DNA of 64,000 bases, taken from NCBI GenBank assembly GCA_951406725.2, contig OX597815.1, positions 107,818,001-107,882,000 on the forward strand, written 5' to 3'. Under the pieces are notes generated by a model that was given only the letters and a program-made list of their open reading frames with translations, ran no database searches and had not been told where the DNA came from. Shown in pieces: positions 12,446-26,717 of this stretch. The position numbers and the translations under genes were made by a program. Origin of the DNA: Octopus vulgaris. Its lineage: Eukaryota. Numbering within the stretch: position 1 is the first letter of the stretch; every line of letters starts with the position of its first letter.

Positions 12446-13639
12446 TAAATATGCTGCTTCAATAACAAATACAAGGTTATGAATATTCTACTGTGAACTG
12501 TCTAGTATTACTCTATCATTTATATCATCTCTGTCACACGTCTATGAATTTGGATTATTAATTATCAGTTAATTTGACTCCTGTTGACCTTTGCCACCTA
12601 TAAAATTTGTCTTTGGTTTTAGACCAAATTGATGTCCATGAAATATTGGCTCGATGTTATACGAGTTCCACATCAGTTATATTTGTCTATTATATGTATC
12701 CATTATCTTCTGCATTGCATTGTGCCCATAGGTAAGAAATAATTACTCAGGCTGAAATTATGTAAGCACATTTAGTTCATGGCTGACTGATCAGTGTTAG
12801 GTAAGATGTCATAATGTAAAAAAAAAAGATGGTTAAAAAAAAAACCAAAGAAAAAAACAAACAACTTGTGCAATGCTATAAATTTGAAAAAAACAACCAT
12901 TCAAGCATCCAATCAAAGATAATATTGAAGAACATTAAAACAAAAAAAATGTAAAGTTGCCATCATAAAAAGCCATCTTTCAGACTATGACTTTCAGTGA
13001 GGATTTTTCTGTAAATTGTTTCAAGAAAACCATTATTAATGACTTTGTCAAAAGAAGAAAATTACGAGCTCATTAATAATATATTTTGAAAATCTGTGAG
13101 TGCCAAGACTTGTAAAAAACATAAAATATTATTTATTTGATGTGTAAGAAGTGTGGATAATTCAATCTGATATTTACATTTTAATGGTAGAGAACCAAGA
13201 CTTTGCTATCATTAACCAAATATCACGACCACACCACGGTGAAATTTTTTTGTTTTTGTAAAATACAGCATTATCAGCTGAATGTCTTCAGATGATTAAC
13301 CCTCGTAAAAGTCTAATAATCACTTCAGACAAGAGTAATTTTTATTGTAAGGTGACTTTAGCTCCAGATAGCCAGTCTGAAAATGTCAGCATGATAAATG
13401 TGGAAATATTTTTGTTTTTTCTTTTAATAGTGCAAGGCATTTTTTTCTTTTATATTTCTAATTATCCAAAATATTCCTACCGTGTCCAGTGCCATAGTAA
13501 ATAGTGTTATGGTAACAATTTTTTCTCTCTTCATAGTTAATATTCAGTTACTTCTTTTTCTGTTATACAAGTGTTTAAATAGACTTTAAGTTTTCCTTTT
13601 CTCTCTAGTTATCTATAATAAAAAAAACAAGCAAAATCT

Positions 13640-13830
13640 CTCATGGATGGACAAGTCACTTAGAAAGAATGGGGGACAATAGATGGATGAAAAAGACTAT
13701 ATAAAATGGATTCCTAGGGATTGAGAAAGTAGAGTAGATAGAAAAGAATGTTATATGGAAGAGATAAGAAGTACAAGACTGGTTTAGACAAGAATAAATG
13801 GAGAAGGTTCAAAGAATAGTATATTCAAGA
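13640..13830 (+). mobile_element. Old RTE-clade ORF C-terminal fragment
   Basis: WTSHLERMGDNRWMKK..WIPRD, matching the W.GH..R..D.RW.K...W.P pattern. Confidence 0.55.
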
Positions 13831-14949
13831 AAGGATTGCTACATCCTAGAAACAAAATGGGAGAAATAATGAAAGTACAAATGTTTTGTGATCATGTAAC
13901 TTGCTGGAAATAGCAGCCAAATCTCCCTCAAACAACACCGTACCATCTTACTTTTGGAATGACCCATTGTATGAAGTGCTTCTGGGTGCACTCTTTCTGG
14001 TGGGGAAGTTGGAATGATCCTAGCTTGAATACCTTTGATCAACTGTCTCATCAATTGGGATTGACCTTGGCTAAGCACATCAACACCAATTTCTTAAAGG
14101 AAAGAATTTTTTTACTAGTGTTATTGAAGTAAAATTTGTGCAGTTTTCTCTTTAAAAAGAATAGTTGAACAAGATTGGGTTAATATTGATTTGATCTATA
14201 CCAAAAGAAATATATTTACTTGTAATTTATAAGCTCTGATAGTAAATGAAAATCTTCCTCAACTTTGCTTTTTCCAAAGTTATTTAAACATCACAAACAT
14301 CAATAAATGCTTGAAATATTTAGATGTTGTTATACCAATAAATGAAGCCAAGTCACCCATTGACAAACAAGGCAATTTGACAATGTAGCTTTAAATACTT
14401 AAAAGAAAGTAAACCACACTAGCTTTAAAATGTTGATCACAGTCTTTTATTCTTTTGACTACTGCCATGCTGGGGCACTGCTTTGATGGATTTGGGCAAC
14501 CAATTAGCCCTTACTTTAAGTCTAGTACTTATCCTATCAGTTTATTTTTGCTGGACTGCCAAATTATAAGAACTTAAACAAACAAATCCCATGGACAAGC
14601 AGTTACAAACAAATCCCATTGTCAAGCAGTTACAGACAACGGCATGCATGTACCCACGTATTTATGTGCACATATATATGTATGTGTATGTGCCATCAGT
14701 TAACATACATGTTTCATACTGGCATGGGTTGGCTGGTTTGACAGGATCTGATGAATCAGAGGACTGTGTTAAGCTTCAATATTTGCTTTGGTATGATATC
14801 TATAGATTACTTAGTATTTTTTCTTGAAGCACCAACATTAGTGAGGTTACCAAGTAACTTGCAAAACAAGACCGCTTAACTGAGTAGGTGTGCAATATTG
14901 AGGGTAGTGGCTTTGTGCCCAACTGTTGAGATGTTAAGCTGTTGTTGAC

Positions 14950-15750
14950 AGCTTATCACCCCTGCAGTCTCAATTTCATCTCTATTGTTGCAAGACAATG
15001 AGAATTATTACTGAAAGTGGAGCTTGGCTTCTTGGTTCCTTTAGTCATCTTCAGAACTGCAACCAGTGGTGCAACTGGTTCTTTTTCTGAGAATAATAAC
15101 TTTGGAGGTTTACTGCTTTTGTTGTTGTTGGCTCTGCTTCTCTCTTTCTTGCTTTTCCAGTTCCTGGGGATAATAAGCTCTTAAATGGCTCTTACTACCA
15201 CATATATGGAAGCTAGGCCTTTTCTGCCTTAATCTGTTTCACTACCTTTCCTTCTACACTCATGATGGGAAACACATGCTATACCTCTATAGTTACATTA
15301 AGTCAAGGATAAACATCACTGTTTATGTCCCTGACAATGTTCCTTCTATTTCTCTGACCAATATAGTATGGAACGATCCTGTGATCAGGTCTGTGGTGCA
15401 CCAACTATGCTTGTGACTTTGCCTCACCCTCAATTTTGAAAACTAGGCAGACATTATAATATGTCTTTCCCACATCTTCTCAAACATTGGCCAGTGCTGC
15501 CACCAAATTTTCTCTTGAGGGCATTTGAAACTTCCTTCCCTTGATTATAAGGAAGATGAAGCTGCTTGCTTCCTCTAGTTCTTGGATAAAAGTCTTGAGT
15601 GCAGATGCACTTGTTTTGGTTGTGTATTTGTTTAATGCTTTACCCTGTTAGTTGAATCATATTTAAAATTTTCTTATCGCCAGCAACATAAGCAAATGGC
15701 TTGTTGTTACTTTCTCCATTAAATCTTAGTCTAACACTCCTTCTGTGTGT
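14950..15750 (-). pseudogene. Degenerate ORF1/gag-like remnant with zinc knuckle
   Basis: Minus strand about 15160-15220 reads RPSFHICGSKSHLRAYYPQE, a decayed CX2CX4HX4C. Confidence 0.5.
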
Positions 15751-16399
15751 GTCATAGTGTAAAAATTTGTGTTAAAAGATGTATTTGCCTATGAAAATTG
15801 TATTTCTTTCTTTGTATTTTATAAAATATAAATGTCTGTAGTTGTCAATACATTTTTTCTCTTTTCTTCTTTCCTCTTGAAAATTTGGAGACATATCTAA
15901 CTTTAGTTGCCATATTTTAAATGCCTAAGCACCAAAATAAAAAAAGAAGAAAAAAGAAAGCTTGTTTCTTGTTGAATTATAGTCATATTTTTCAAATATG
16001 GAAAATGATACTAGAAATAAGAATCTTATGTCTTTATGAACAAAGTCTACACAAAAATCTGTTCTGTTTAGCATGTAATTTTAATAATTTTTTTGAAAAC
16101 TGATTTATGAACACATCCATATCTAATTCAGCACAAATAATATTAATTATAATGATAATGATAATAATAATAATATGTCAGTTAAACATTTTTGAGTTGG
16201 AGGGAGCAAATAACAACCCATGTTTTCTATATTTTGTAATGTCTTTGAAATGTGTGCGTCTCCTCTACTCCAATCACAACTGTGCCCCTGTGTTTTTACA
16301 TTTGCAGTTTATGCATGGTATCACATATTTGTATTCTTTGTTTATTAGCTGTCAGTTTGAGCTTTTAAAGCATGTTGTATCTCAGTTCTACTTCTTCCT

Positions 16400-17250
16400 C
16401 TTCATCATTTTTATCATTATTCTGTTGTTTTGAGGAAGTTGTTTCTCTTCAGCCATTTCAGTTGTTCTTCTCTTTTCTGTCTTTGTGCTTGCCATTTTTT
16501 TTTCATTTTTGTATTTTCTCCCACAGTTTGAATACTTCCCTCTTCAACTATCATATCTTCACTATGACATAATAATAGTGATGCTACTAGTAACTATCAT
16601 TAGGAGACTGGGTATCTTCTCACTTGTTTCTATTCAGAGCTGAATTCTTCAAGATTTTTGAAGTTGTGAGTGATAATGCTCTGAAAACTTGGGTTACTGC
16701 TTGTGTTGCCCCCTTGATGGTCTCTGCTGCTTCTTCGTAAGATTTCTAATTCTCCAGAACTCTAAAGTGGTTCTTATTACAATACATGTAGCAACTAAAT
16801 TTTTTACCCTGCATCATCAATCTCATGCCCTTTGTCTCAGTGTGCTTAACTATGCACAACGCCAGTATGGCCCATAGTCTTCAGGGGACATGAGGACTTT
16901 CAAATCCATTTGGATCTTTCTGTTTTTACATGTTTTCTCTCTGCTCTTCTTTAACCACTCTCCCACTCACACTATGACACAAAAGTCATGACCAGCCATG
17001 GATTCATATCATTTTTTATTGTCACTTCTGTATTTCTTTACATCATATAGTGTAGCATAAGTATATAGGAAGGGGTGTATTTAAAAATTTCAGCAGATGT
17101 TTTGGTTGAGTCTTTATTCTCAGAAGTAGAGCAGACAGTATCGCAGCTTTTCCTACTTTGAATTGAGAGAATTTCTCTCAAAATTTCTTGTAGTACTTAT
17201 TCTAGTTGCTGCTTTGATGGTAATTCTCTCTACTTTTTAAGACATAGATG
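16400..17250 (-). pseudogene. Degenerate ORF1/gag-like remnant with zinc knuckle
   Basis: Minus strand about 16750-16830 reads GMRLMMQGKKFSCYMYCNKNHFRV. Confidence 0.4.
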
Positions 17251-17773
17251 CATTATTTTTTTGTTCTCTCCCTTTTGGATTAGATTCTGTAACAAAGAGA
17301 CACTGTGATTCTATAAAATTCTACCACCTAATGTTTTATTTATAGGAATTGTGCTTACTGTAAAAATTGTGTTTGTATTACAATAAAAGACATAATTAAC
17401 TGTAAAGCAATTACTATATGAATAATTTGTTTGCTGTTGTAATATTTTGGTTTGTACAGTGGATGTATCTGTCAGACAGCTTGAATGTGAAATGTGTCAA
17501 ACTAAGCAAATAGAATAAAATCTGTAAAAACAAACTGTAGTCTTTTTATACTTATTTTTCTTTGTTGTTTGTCTAATCCCAGGTATTGGAGCAAGTTGTC
17601 CTCATGTAATTAAAATCCATTTTGGCAAGTATTCCAATGAAATTTACATTTTGGTAATGCCTGAAATATGGTCAGGCTTCAGAGTGCCTCCCCACCAAAC
17701 ACAAATGTGTTTATATTTTGGGGATCAATAATAATAATAATAATAATATTGGTTTTTACACATATAATATATT

Positions 17774-17936
17774 GGCACAGGTGTGACTGTGAGGTAAGAA
17801 GCTTGCTTCTCAACCACATGGTTCTAGGTTCAGTCTCACTGCATGGCACCTTGGGCAAGTATCTTCTATTATAGCCTTGGGCCAACCAAAGCCTTGTGAG
17901 AAGATTTGATAGATGGAAACTGAAAGATGCCTGTCT

Positions 17937-17975
<39 letters not shown>

Positions 17976-18230
17976 GTGTGTGTGTGTGTGTGTGCGTGTA
18001 TGTATATATTTATGTGTAAATGTCTTTGTGCCTGTGTTAGTCACCCCACCACTGCTTGACAACTGGTGTTGGTGTGTTTACATCCCCATAAATAAGCAGT
18101 TCAGCAAAAAAGACCGATAGAATAAGTATTAGGCGTAAAAGAATATAAGTCCTCAACTAAAACCCTTCAAGATGGTACACCAGTATGGCCACAGTCAAAT
18201 GGCTGAAACAAGTGAAAGAATAAAAGAATA
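17774..18230 (+). mobile_element. SINE family A (tRNA-like head, internal microsatellite, AAAGAAT tail)
   Basis: ggcacagg..gtaagaagcttgct..aaccacatggttc..caccttgggcaagt..ggaaactgaaaga. Further copies at 20255-20800, 27848-28240, 40125-40510, 53600-54010 and 60844-61180. Confidence 0.85.
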
Positions 18231-18577
18231 TACAATGCAGAAACATCCTTCCAACTGTGATAGTCAATGAAATAGTAATAAAATTAAATAATTAATTCTT
18301 TCTGTGTGGCCTGATACTAAATTATCCACAGCTCAGTGTTGGTCTGTGGCTTGATGATTAGGAACCCCTGCCATAAAGTATGTTCTGTCTGGGTTGTGTA
18401 ATATTATAGGGTGACATTTGTGTAATATAAGAGCTGTGTGAGTTGTGGGTGGTGCATGTAAAGCATCATACTGTTGACAACTGATTATGTAAGAGCAGTT
18501 GTTATGCAGTTTTATTGGGTGATCATTATGTAGAGTATGTGCAGTGTATAGTAACTAGTTATACATTGGGAGATGAT

Positions 18578-18920
18578 TCATCATCATCATCGTTTAACGT
18601 CCGGTATCCATGCTGGCATGGGTTGGATGGTTTGACTGAGGGCTGGTAAGGCAGGAGGCTGTACCAGGCTCCAATCTTATCTGGCAATGTTTTTACAGCT
18701 GGATGCCCTTCCTTACACCAACCACTCAAAGAGTGTAGTGGGTACTTTTTATGTGCCACCAGCACAGGAACCAGTCAGGTGGCCCTGGCATTGATCAGGT
18801 TCATATAGTGTGTTTTACATGCCACCAGCATGGGCGCCAGTTGGGGGGCACTGGCATTAGCCATATTCAGACAGTGCTTTTTATGTTCTACTGGCATGGC
18901 TCTGGAATCGATCATGATTA
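18578..18920 (-). mobile_element. RTE 3' UTR/tail copy
   Basis: (ATC)n-gtttaacgtcc..ccatgctggcatgggttgga plus three UTR units. Confidence 0.8.
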
Positions 18921-19482
18921 TGTTGTACATTTGTTGTGTTTGTTGTGTGCAGAAAGTGCAGTGCAAGAGTTGTACCATTAAAATGAAAATAGTTTTGAGC
19001 ATGATGTAGATGTGTGCCTTGGGACTATTTCTATGTGGAGAGCTATGAGTCATGGTATGCATTTTTGGGGTTATTCTCTATTGTATCTAATGCTCCAGTT
19101 ATTATTGGTGCACTGACAGAACCATTAGAAAATCATTAGAAACAAAAATGTCTTGTAGTATTTATTCTGGTTCTTTACATCCTATCAAAGTTGACTTTGC
19201 CTTTCATCTCTCTGGGATCAATAAAATAAAGCACCAGTCAATATAACTGACTAACCCCTACTCCACAAAATGCTGCCCTTGTGCCTAAATTAGAAACAAT
19301 TATCATTATCCTCTTCATCGTTATCATCATCGTCATTATCATCATCATCATTGTCATTTATTTATTTATCAATTTATATATTTCAAAACTTTTTGTATCT
19401 CACCCTAACATGGAATTTAGGTGAATTGGATAACAAGTCACCATCTGTGACCTCAGCTACCATCGTTGTCATCGTCATCGTT

Positions 19483-19529
<47 letters not shown>

Positions 19530-20254
19530 TATTACTATCATCAGTTTTCACATCAAAGTTTCAGTATATTGACCAATAGATAAAATTAGTGATTTCATCA
19601 TCTCTGGATATTTTCTGTCTTTGTAAGGACTGGGTAACCAAAAATGATGTGGTTTCTTGTCTCATTTTGCTGATTGTACAGTCTGCAATTGTTCTTATGA
19701 ATTTTTAGGGTTAGGTGGTGATGTTGGAGGTGGCAATGGGGATGGTAGTGGTGGTGGTGATCATCATCATCATCACTGTTGTCGCCATCATTATCATCAT
19801 CATCCTTTTACTCTCACTCTCCATGCTGCCATAAAGTCGGATGATTTGTTGTTGCTCTCCAAGACAAGGTCAGAGGTCCACATCTCGTTCAGTTGAGACC
19901 AGACCAACCATTTCAGTTTTTAGTTCACAGCTTTCGGTGTCATTGTTCACTCTTACTTCTTCACTGTCAAGTCTTGCAATGTATTGGTCATCATATTGTT
20001 TATTTTCCCCATTTTCTTCTTAACATATTTCAAAAACGTTTCCTTCTGAGCTTGTCTTTGGTCGTTTCTTTTCACCTTTCCTTTTATTTTCTCTTCTGTG
20101 TTGTGAGTATCTAGTTTGTATTTTATTGCTTCTTTACGCAGAAGAATTTAAATATGTCAGCTATACATCGCTTCAGTGTTATTCTGTTCTACAAAGTATA
20201 GTAATAGATTTTTTTCTTAGTCAACACTGTATTTAACTTTCTATTTCCTATCAT

Positions 20255-20553
20255 TTACTTGTCTTAGTCATTAGACTGTGGCAATCCTGTGGCACCTCCT
20301 AGAAGAATTTATTTTAAGCCAATGTACTGACCTCAGTACTTATATTTTTAAAGCCTGGTACTTATTCTATCAGACTCATTTGCCAAACTACTAAGTTACA
20401 AGGACATAAACACACAAACACCTGTTGTCAAGTGGTGGTGGGGAACAAACATGGACACAGACACACACATATATGACAGGCTTCTTTCAGTTTCCAGCTA
20501 CTAAATCCACACACAATATACACAGACACAGACACACACATGCACACACACAC

Positions 20554-20617
<64 letters not shown>

Positions 20618-20800
20618 GCACACATACACACACACAATGGGCTTCTTTCAGTTTCTGCCTACCAAATCCACTCACAAGGCTTTGGTTGGCCCGAGGCTAT
20701 AATAGGTGATACTTGCCCAAGATTCCACACAATGGGACTGAACCTGGAACCATGTGGTTGGGAAGCAAGCTTCTTACCATGCAGCCATGCCTGTGCCTGT
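20255..20800 (-). mobile_element. SINE family A
   Basis: Reverse complement of 17774-18230, with internal (CA)n and a short internal duplication. Confidence 0.85.
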
Positions 20801-21417
20801 ATGTATGTATAGACTTATTTTTATCTAGAACGTATAAGCAGATATGAGATGTTTTGGCATAGCTGTTTTACTGCTGCATACTTGGTGTCACTCATCAGAC
20901 ATTGACTTATTTGATATTAGATCTTTAACTGTTTCTCATTTTAATGTTTCTCCCCCCCTCCTCTCTGTATGTGTGGGATCATGTTTCTCTTCTGGAGAGG
21001 AAAAAGTATTTATGTCAATAATATACCGTTAGTCTCTCCCTCTCTCTATCTTTATATATGTATATGTCAACATGGACAGGTGTGTGTGTGCGTATAGTCG
21101 CAAGAACAGGTTCTATGTCTACTGGACCATGCAAAATCACCAGCACCCAAATAGCTGCACCTAATCATCCCATTCCCTGTCCTTGTAGACAGAAAAAGAA
21201 AGCTCAGTTAGACTAGTTTCAATCCTTTATTGAGGTTTTATCAGTAACCAACAACCCTCTTTAATTGTCCACAAAAATGCTACTAATAAACCTACGGTTA
21301 CAAAGGGTTTTAATCGTTTGTTACCATATTTTTACAGAAATACATTGCATTTGTTTCAATTAATTTTGAAAACAATGAAAAATGTAGTAAAGTAAATTTG
21401 TCATTATTATGCTGGTG

Positions 21418-21637
21418 CTTAAGGCAGTGAACTGGCAGAATCATTAGCATGCCAGGTGAAATGCATAGCGGTATTTTGTCTGTCTTCACATTCTGAGTTC
21501 AAATTCCACCGAGGTCGACTTTGCCTTTTGTCTTTTTGGGGTCGATAAATTAAGTACCACTGAAACACAGGGGTCGATGTAATCAACTAGTCCCCTCCCC
21601 AAAAATTTCAATGCTTTGTGCCTTCAGTAGAAAGGAG
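21418..21637 (+). mobile_element. Full-length SINE family B with 13-bp TSD
   Basis: TSD tattatgctggtg at 21405-21417 and 21638-21650; tRNA-like head (tggcagaatcattag..gagttcaaattcc). Confidence 0.9.
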
Positions 21638-22184
21638 TATTATGCTGGTGTTTGGAATATAGCATGAAATTTTTGGAGAAGATTTCAATTTAGATCTCTT
21701 TAAAACTGCTTGTATTATACAATCAGGGTTGGTCACAGACAATTTGGTAGCAAAATGGATTAAGTAAATTGGACAGATCAGTGCAGTGCAGTATATAACA
21801 TTGAAATAAAACAGCTGTTTGTACAAGTACTTTATTTAAAAAAAAAACAACTAGGCCTTAATGGGTTTATAAGTGATATCACTGTGGATAGATGGAGAGA
21901 GTATTCAGTTGCTGATAAAATCCCAACACAGGATTGAAACTAATCCAGCTAATATTTCAGTTTCTGTCCATGAAATTATTATGTTTGCAGAGAAGGTGTT
22001 TACATGTTTTTAAACATAAACATAAAACATTAGCTGCAAATCTATAGATATATTGTAGTTTTGGTGAAGCATTGTGTAATATTACATTAAAGAGACTTAT
22101 TGGGTAAGGCTGAAACAATGTGAGAAGATATAAAGTTAAACTACAACAAAAATGGAAACAAAACAGAGTAGTAGTTTTTCCTTC

Positions 22185-23040
22185 TTCATCATCATTTAAC
22201 GTCTGTTGTCCATGCTGGCATGGGTTGGATGATTTGACCAGGGCTGGCAACCCGGAAGGCTGCACCAGACTCCAGTTTGATTTGGCATGGTTTCTATGGC
22301 TGGATGTCCTTCCTAACGCCAACCACTCTGAGGGTGTAATGGGTGCTTTTACGTGCCATTTGCATGACACCAGTATATGCCATGACTAAAATTTTACTTG
22401 GCTTGATAGGTTTTATTCTCAAGCATGCCATAATGCCAAAAGTCTCAGTCATTCATCATTGCCTCCACAAAGCCCAACACTCAAAAGGTGCCAACATCAT
22501 TGGTCACCTTGACTCTGTGAGGCCCAACGCTCAAACGGTGCTTCTTACATGCCACTGGCACGAGTGCCAAGCTTCTTACATGCCACTGGCACGAGTGCCA
22601 ATAATGTGACACCAACATCAAACGTGACCATGATTTCACTTGGCTTGATGGGTCTTCTCACGCTTCACCACCTCATCATACTTCACCACCTTGTCCCATG
22701 TCTTCCTGGGTCTACCTCTACCACAGGCCCTCCACAGTTAGAGATCAGCACTTCTTTACACAGCTGTCCTTGTCCATATCCATCACATGACCATGCCAGT
22801 GCAGTCGTCTCTCTTGCACACCACATCTGATGCCTCTTATGCCCAACTTTTCTCTCAAAATGCTTACATTCTGTTGTGCATGCACACTGACATTGCACCT
22901 CCAGTGAAGCATACTGGCTTCATTTCTTTCGAGCCTACGCATGTCCTCAGCTGTCACAGCCTGTGTTTCACTGCTGTGCAGCATAGCTATTTGCACACAG
23001 GCATCATGCAATCTGCCTTTCACTCTGAGGAAGAGGCCCT
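22185..23040 (-). mobile_element. 5'-truncated RTE LINE
   Basis: KGRLHDACV..MLHSSET..DMRRLERNEASML..LREKLGIRGIRCGVQERRLHWHGHV..CVKKC, then UTR and (GAT)n tail. Confidence 0.9.
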
Positions 23041-23427
23041 TATATTTCTATATTTCAGTGCTATGACCCCCTTCTTCAAGACATGTGGAAAAGTGAAGGA
23101 TGAGCAAAGGTTGTTGATCAGGTGTGTGAGGAAGGAAGGTGACATGCACAAACTGGTGTTCCCTTTTTTTCTTTTTGGTTTCCTCCAAGCTTCCTTATTA
23201 CACTATGGAGTTTCCTTTCGTTTGCTATATATATTTATTTTAGTCATGTTATTATTACTTGTAACTTTCTGTGTTTGCATCAAACTCCATCCTCTCTCTA
23301 TGTGTGGTAATTTTTTTCTATCTCTATTCACTTAAGTGTGAATGAAGATAGTTAACTAAATTTTCTAAGCTCTTAAATTCAGTTAACTTCTAATTTATTA
23401 TGTCTCAACTGTAATTTATAACTAGAA

Positions 23428-23477
23428 TTATTATTACTATTACTGTTGCTGTTATTATTATTGTTGTTGTTGTTGTC

Positions 23478-23557
<80 letters not shown>
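23428..23557. repeat. (TTA)n/(TTG)n microsatellite
   Basis: Directly visible. Confidence 0.95.
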
Positions 23558-23559
<2 letters not shown>

Positions 23560-24309
23560 GTGTTGGCTATGGACAGATGTGTGTCTTCTCATTCCTTAAA
23601 ATTATCAAGTGTAGTCGATGGGAAAAACCATTTTGCTTTTAAAATTTTCTGTAACACCCACCAAAAGATGAATTAAATGCAACAGCAAAGAAAACTAACA
23701 AAAAAAAACAAAAAAACAAAAACAAGAAAAACAAGAAAAGACAAAGAAATTTAATTACACAGTAGGATGTAAACATTCAACAAGGAAAAAATATAATAAG
23801 TTTTTGGCAGAAAATAGTGACATTAATTAGAAAAATTCCAAGGTTAATAACAACAGTAGCAACATCAACGTTGCACTTAAACTTTTTGCCAAATAAACAA
23901 AACTGAAAAAATAAGACTTTTTTGTTTCTTCTTAACATTGTCAGTAGCAATCATATACTAAACATTGGAAAAACTAGCCAAGACAAAACTGCTTGGTTGA
24001 ATTTTGCAACTGGGAATAGCGTGTCTTTTCTAGTGCTCTTCATCCAAGATTGAGAACAGAGAAAAGTCTACAATTTCTTCATTTCCAAGAGTGGGACAAG
24101 TTTCGGTATGTCTTGAAGAGAACAATTAGAAGTAGCCCTTGTCAATGTGCAGAGCAGTATCTCCTCTGTCAGTCAGAGTGGAGCTTATGATACAGTATGT
24201 GTAGATATGACTGAAAATGGATGAAGAAATAAACAACACTGGTATCTCATATTCCTGACAATACTCTAGTACCACAATATACCAAGTCAATGCAATATGG
24301 AGGTAATGT

Positions 24310-24473
24310 CGTTCTCAATTCAAATTCTGCCATGGGTTCTGAGTTCAAATTCTGCCAAGGTCAGCTTTGCCCTTTCGGGGTTGATAAATTAAGTACCAGT
24401 TGCATACTGGGGTCGATGTAATCAACTGGCCTCCTCCCCCAAAATTTCAGGCATTTTGTCTAGAGTAGAAAAG
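24310..24473 (+). mobile_element. 5'-truncated SINE family B with 16-bp TSD
   Basis: TSD aatatggaggtaatgt at 24294-24309 and 24474-24489; duplicated ttcaaattctgcca at the 5' end. Confidence 0.9.
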
Positions 24474-26717
24474 AATATGGAGGTAATGTTGACCCTTACT
24501 TTGTTCTCACCTTTGAAGCACAGTTTAAGCTAGCAGTGAATCCCAAGTTAACCAGAAACCACATGTTGTTAGGCAGGGATCTGTGTGGATATGCTAATCC
24601 TTATGACTCCTCATAAACTGTAACCTATCGAGAACAGAAAGAAAAACTATGAGACCAAAGCAACAATAGCAGATCTCAGAGGGTTCTGTTCTCCAAAAAA
24701 CAACCAGTCACAGATCCAAGTATGGTAACAAATCTTCCTCTCGTTCCTATCCCCAGAAGCGAATGATTAGAAAACATATGAAAAGGAAAATAGGAATCTG
24801 TCCCTCATCACTCTTTCATGTTGTGATGATATGGGGGAGTGAAGGCAAGGAAGAGTAAGAGCAAATTTCTAGGGATGATGAAAAAAAACAAACAAAAACG
24901 AAAATAATCCTCTCTCCACCACCTACAAAATAACCAGAATGGTGAGAAAGGATGGTAGGGAGTAACCACATAGATGATTTAAGATATTTTATGTAGAGTA
25001 TAAGGTATTACTGTATCAGAAGGTACTTGGTACCTGGATTAAGGATGGGAGAAGAAAAAAAAAGAAAAAGGAAGTTGTGGGGAGCCCTGAGCTGATCCAG
25101 GAGGTAATGCTTCCATTAAATTATAACTCTTTTTTTATTAGTTCTCTGTATTAGATCTGTGTATACATTCATATTATGTGTATCTTAATAAATTTTTATG
25201 CCTCACTATATCATGCAATGTCTTGTTTCTAAAATAAGTTCCTTAAAGTACAAAGGATGACTCAGGTTACCTCCTTGTACAATCCTAGACTATCTTGGAA
25301 CATCAAAAGCAAGTGCCGTCTTCAAGTTTTTGTAACCAATTTTCAGTTGCATCGATTGAGTTTTCACATTTAGCCATGTCAGTTACACCCCTCTTGGCTT
25401 GGTTTCATATGATTTATATGATTTATAGGAGAATAGCACCTCTATATTTATCTTCTCTTTTCTTTTCAAGTATTACTTGAAGCAGTCAATGTGATGTTGA
25501 CCTGAACAAAGCTTTGTCCTTAAACCTTTTATCTATGTTCATCATGCAACTTTCTCTGCCATAGCCATCAGGCACAGAAACACAACCACTTCTTCCTTGC
25601 CAAAGAAAAGCTGGGGGTCAATCTGCATAGAAGAGTTGGCTAATTGCAGTATCCATCATATACATGATAATCGCTGGTTGACATAAGCTACACAAATTAG
25701 TAATGTAAGGACATGATGATTTTATTATGCTTTTCATGTCTCATATGTTCAGTTGCTGATAACTACAGTTGTTGGCCATTTTTGAATAATGATAAATACT
25801 CATTTAAATGATTCAGAAATTTGGAAACCTGTAAAGTGTGAGCCACATTTATACATCTTTTGTGAAGTTTACAATAAAGATGGTGAACAATGAATGATTA
25901 TCTATAATAATACATCATAATTTTCTTAACAACATTCATTATTAAAAAAAATTTCATTAGGAAGATTAACAAATATCATGGAATAATCAAGTTTTTTGAA
26001 AGAGCATCCAGCTGTGAAAACCATGCCAAAACTGACTTGCCTGTGTTGGTGCCTCATAAAAAGCACCCCCGTCCACTCTGCAGGCTGGTTGTTCTTAGGA
26101 AGTACATCCAGTCATGAAAAAAATAAAACCATGCTAAAACAGACACTGAAGCTTGGTGCAGTCTTCTGCCTAACCAGCTCCTGTCAAACCATTCAGCCCA
26201 TGCCAGCATGGAAGGTAGACGTTAAATGATGATGATGATGATGATGTTGAATACTCATAGAAATTGTACTAAATGTTGGTGTTGTTTACCAAAAGCAAAG
26301 CACTGGCATAGAACATTACCTCTCCTTAACACCAAACAGTGTCTCTTATCTCAGGTAATTCTGTATGACCAGCTAAAAGAAAGTTGTAAAATATTTTTTC
26401 TTGTTATATTGATGTGTATTGTACCTTTGCTAAGAAAAGAATCAAAAAGGCAAATAAGATTAATATCTTAAAGCAAGGTATTAGATAATGTAGTTCTTAA
26501 TGCACTTTATGTGAAAATAAGACAAGATGGTCATGGTTGGAACGTTTTTGTTCATAGGTCTGCTTGATCAGAGTTGACCTGCAGCTTAATAGCAACAACA
26601 TGAGTTGACGAAAAAGCTTTCATGTGGTTGCTTGACTGGCTAAAAATAGCAATCTAAGCTACCATGGGCCAGTAATCTAAGATATCCTCCTCCTCCTCCT
26701 CCTCCTCTTCCTCCTCC

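Noticed and set aside
12965-13295. Minus-strand CTGAAAG/CTGAAGA motifs
   Set aside because: No properly placed GAAA-stem III-UH.
20850-20906. Minus-strand CTGATGA..aaaac-agct hammerhead-like trace
   Set aside because: The GAAA box and cleavage triplet are mutated and the stems are poor; at most a dead relic.
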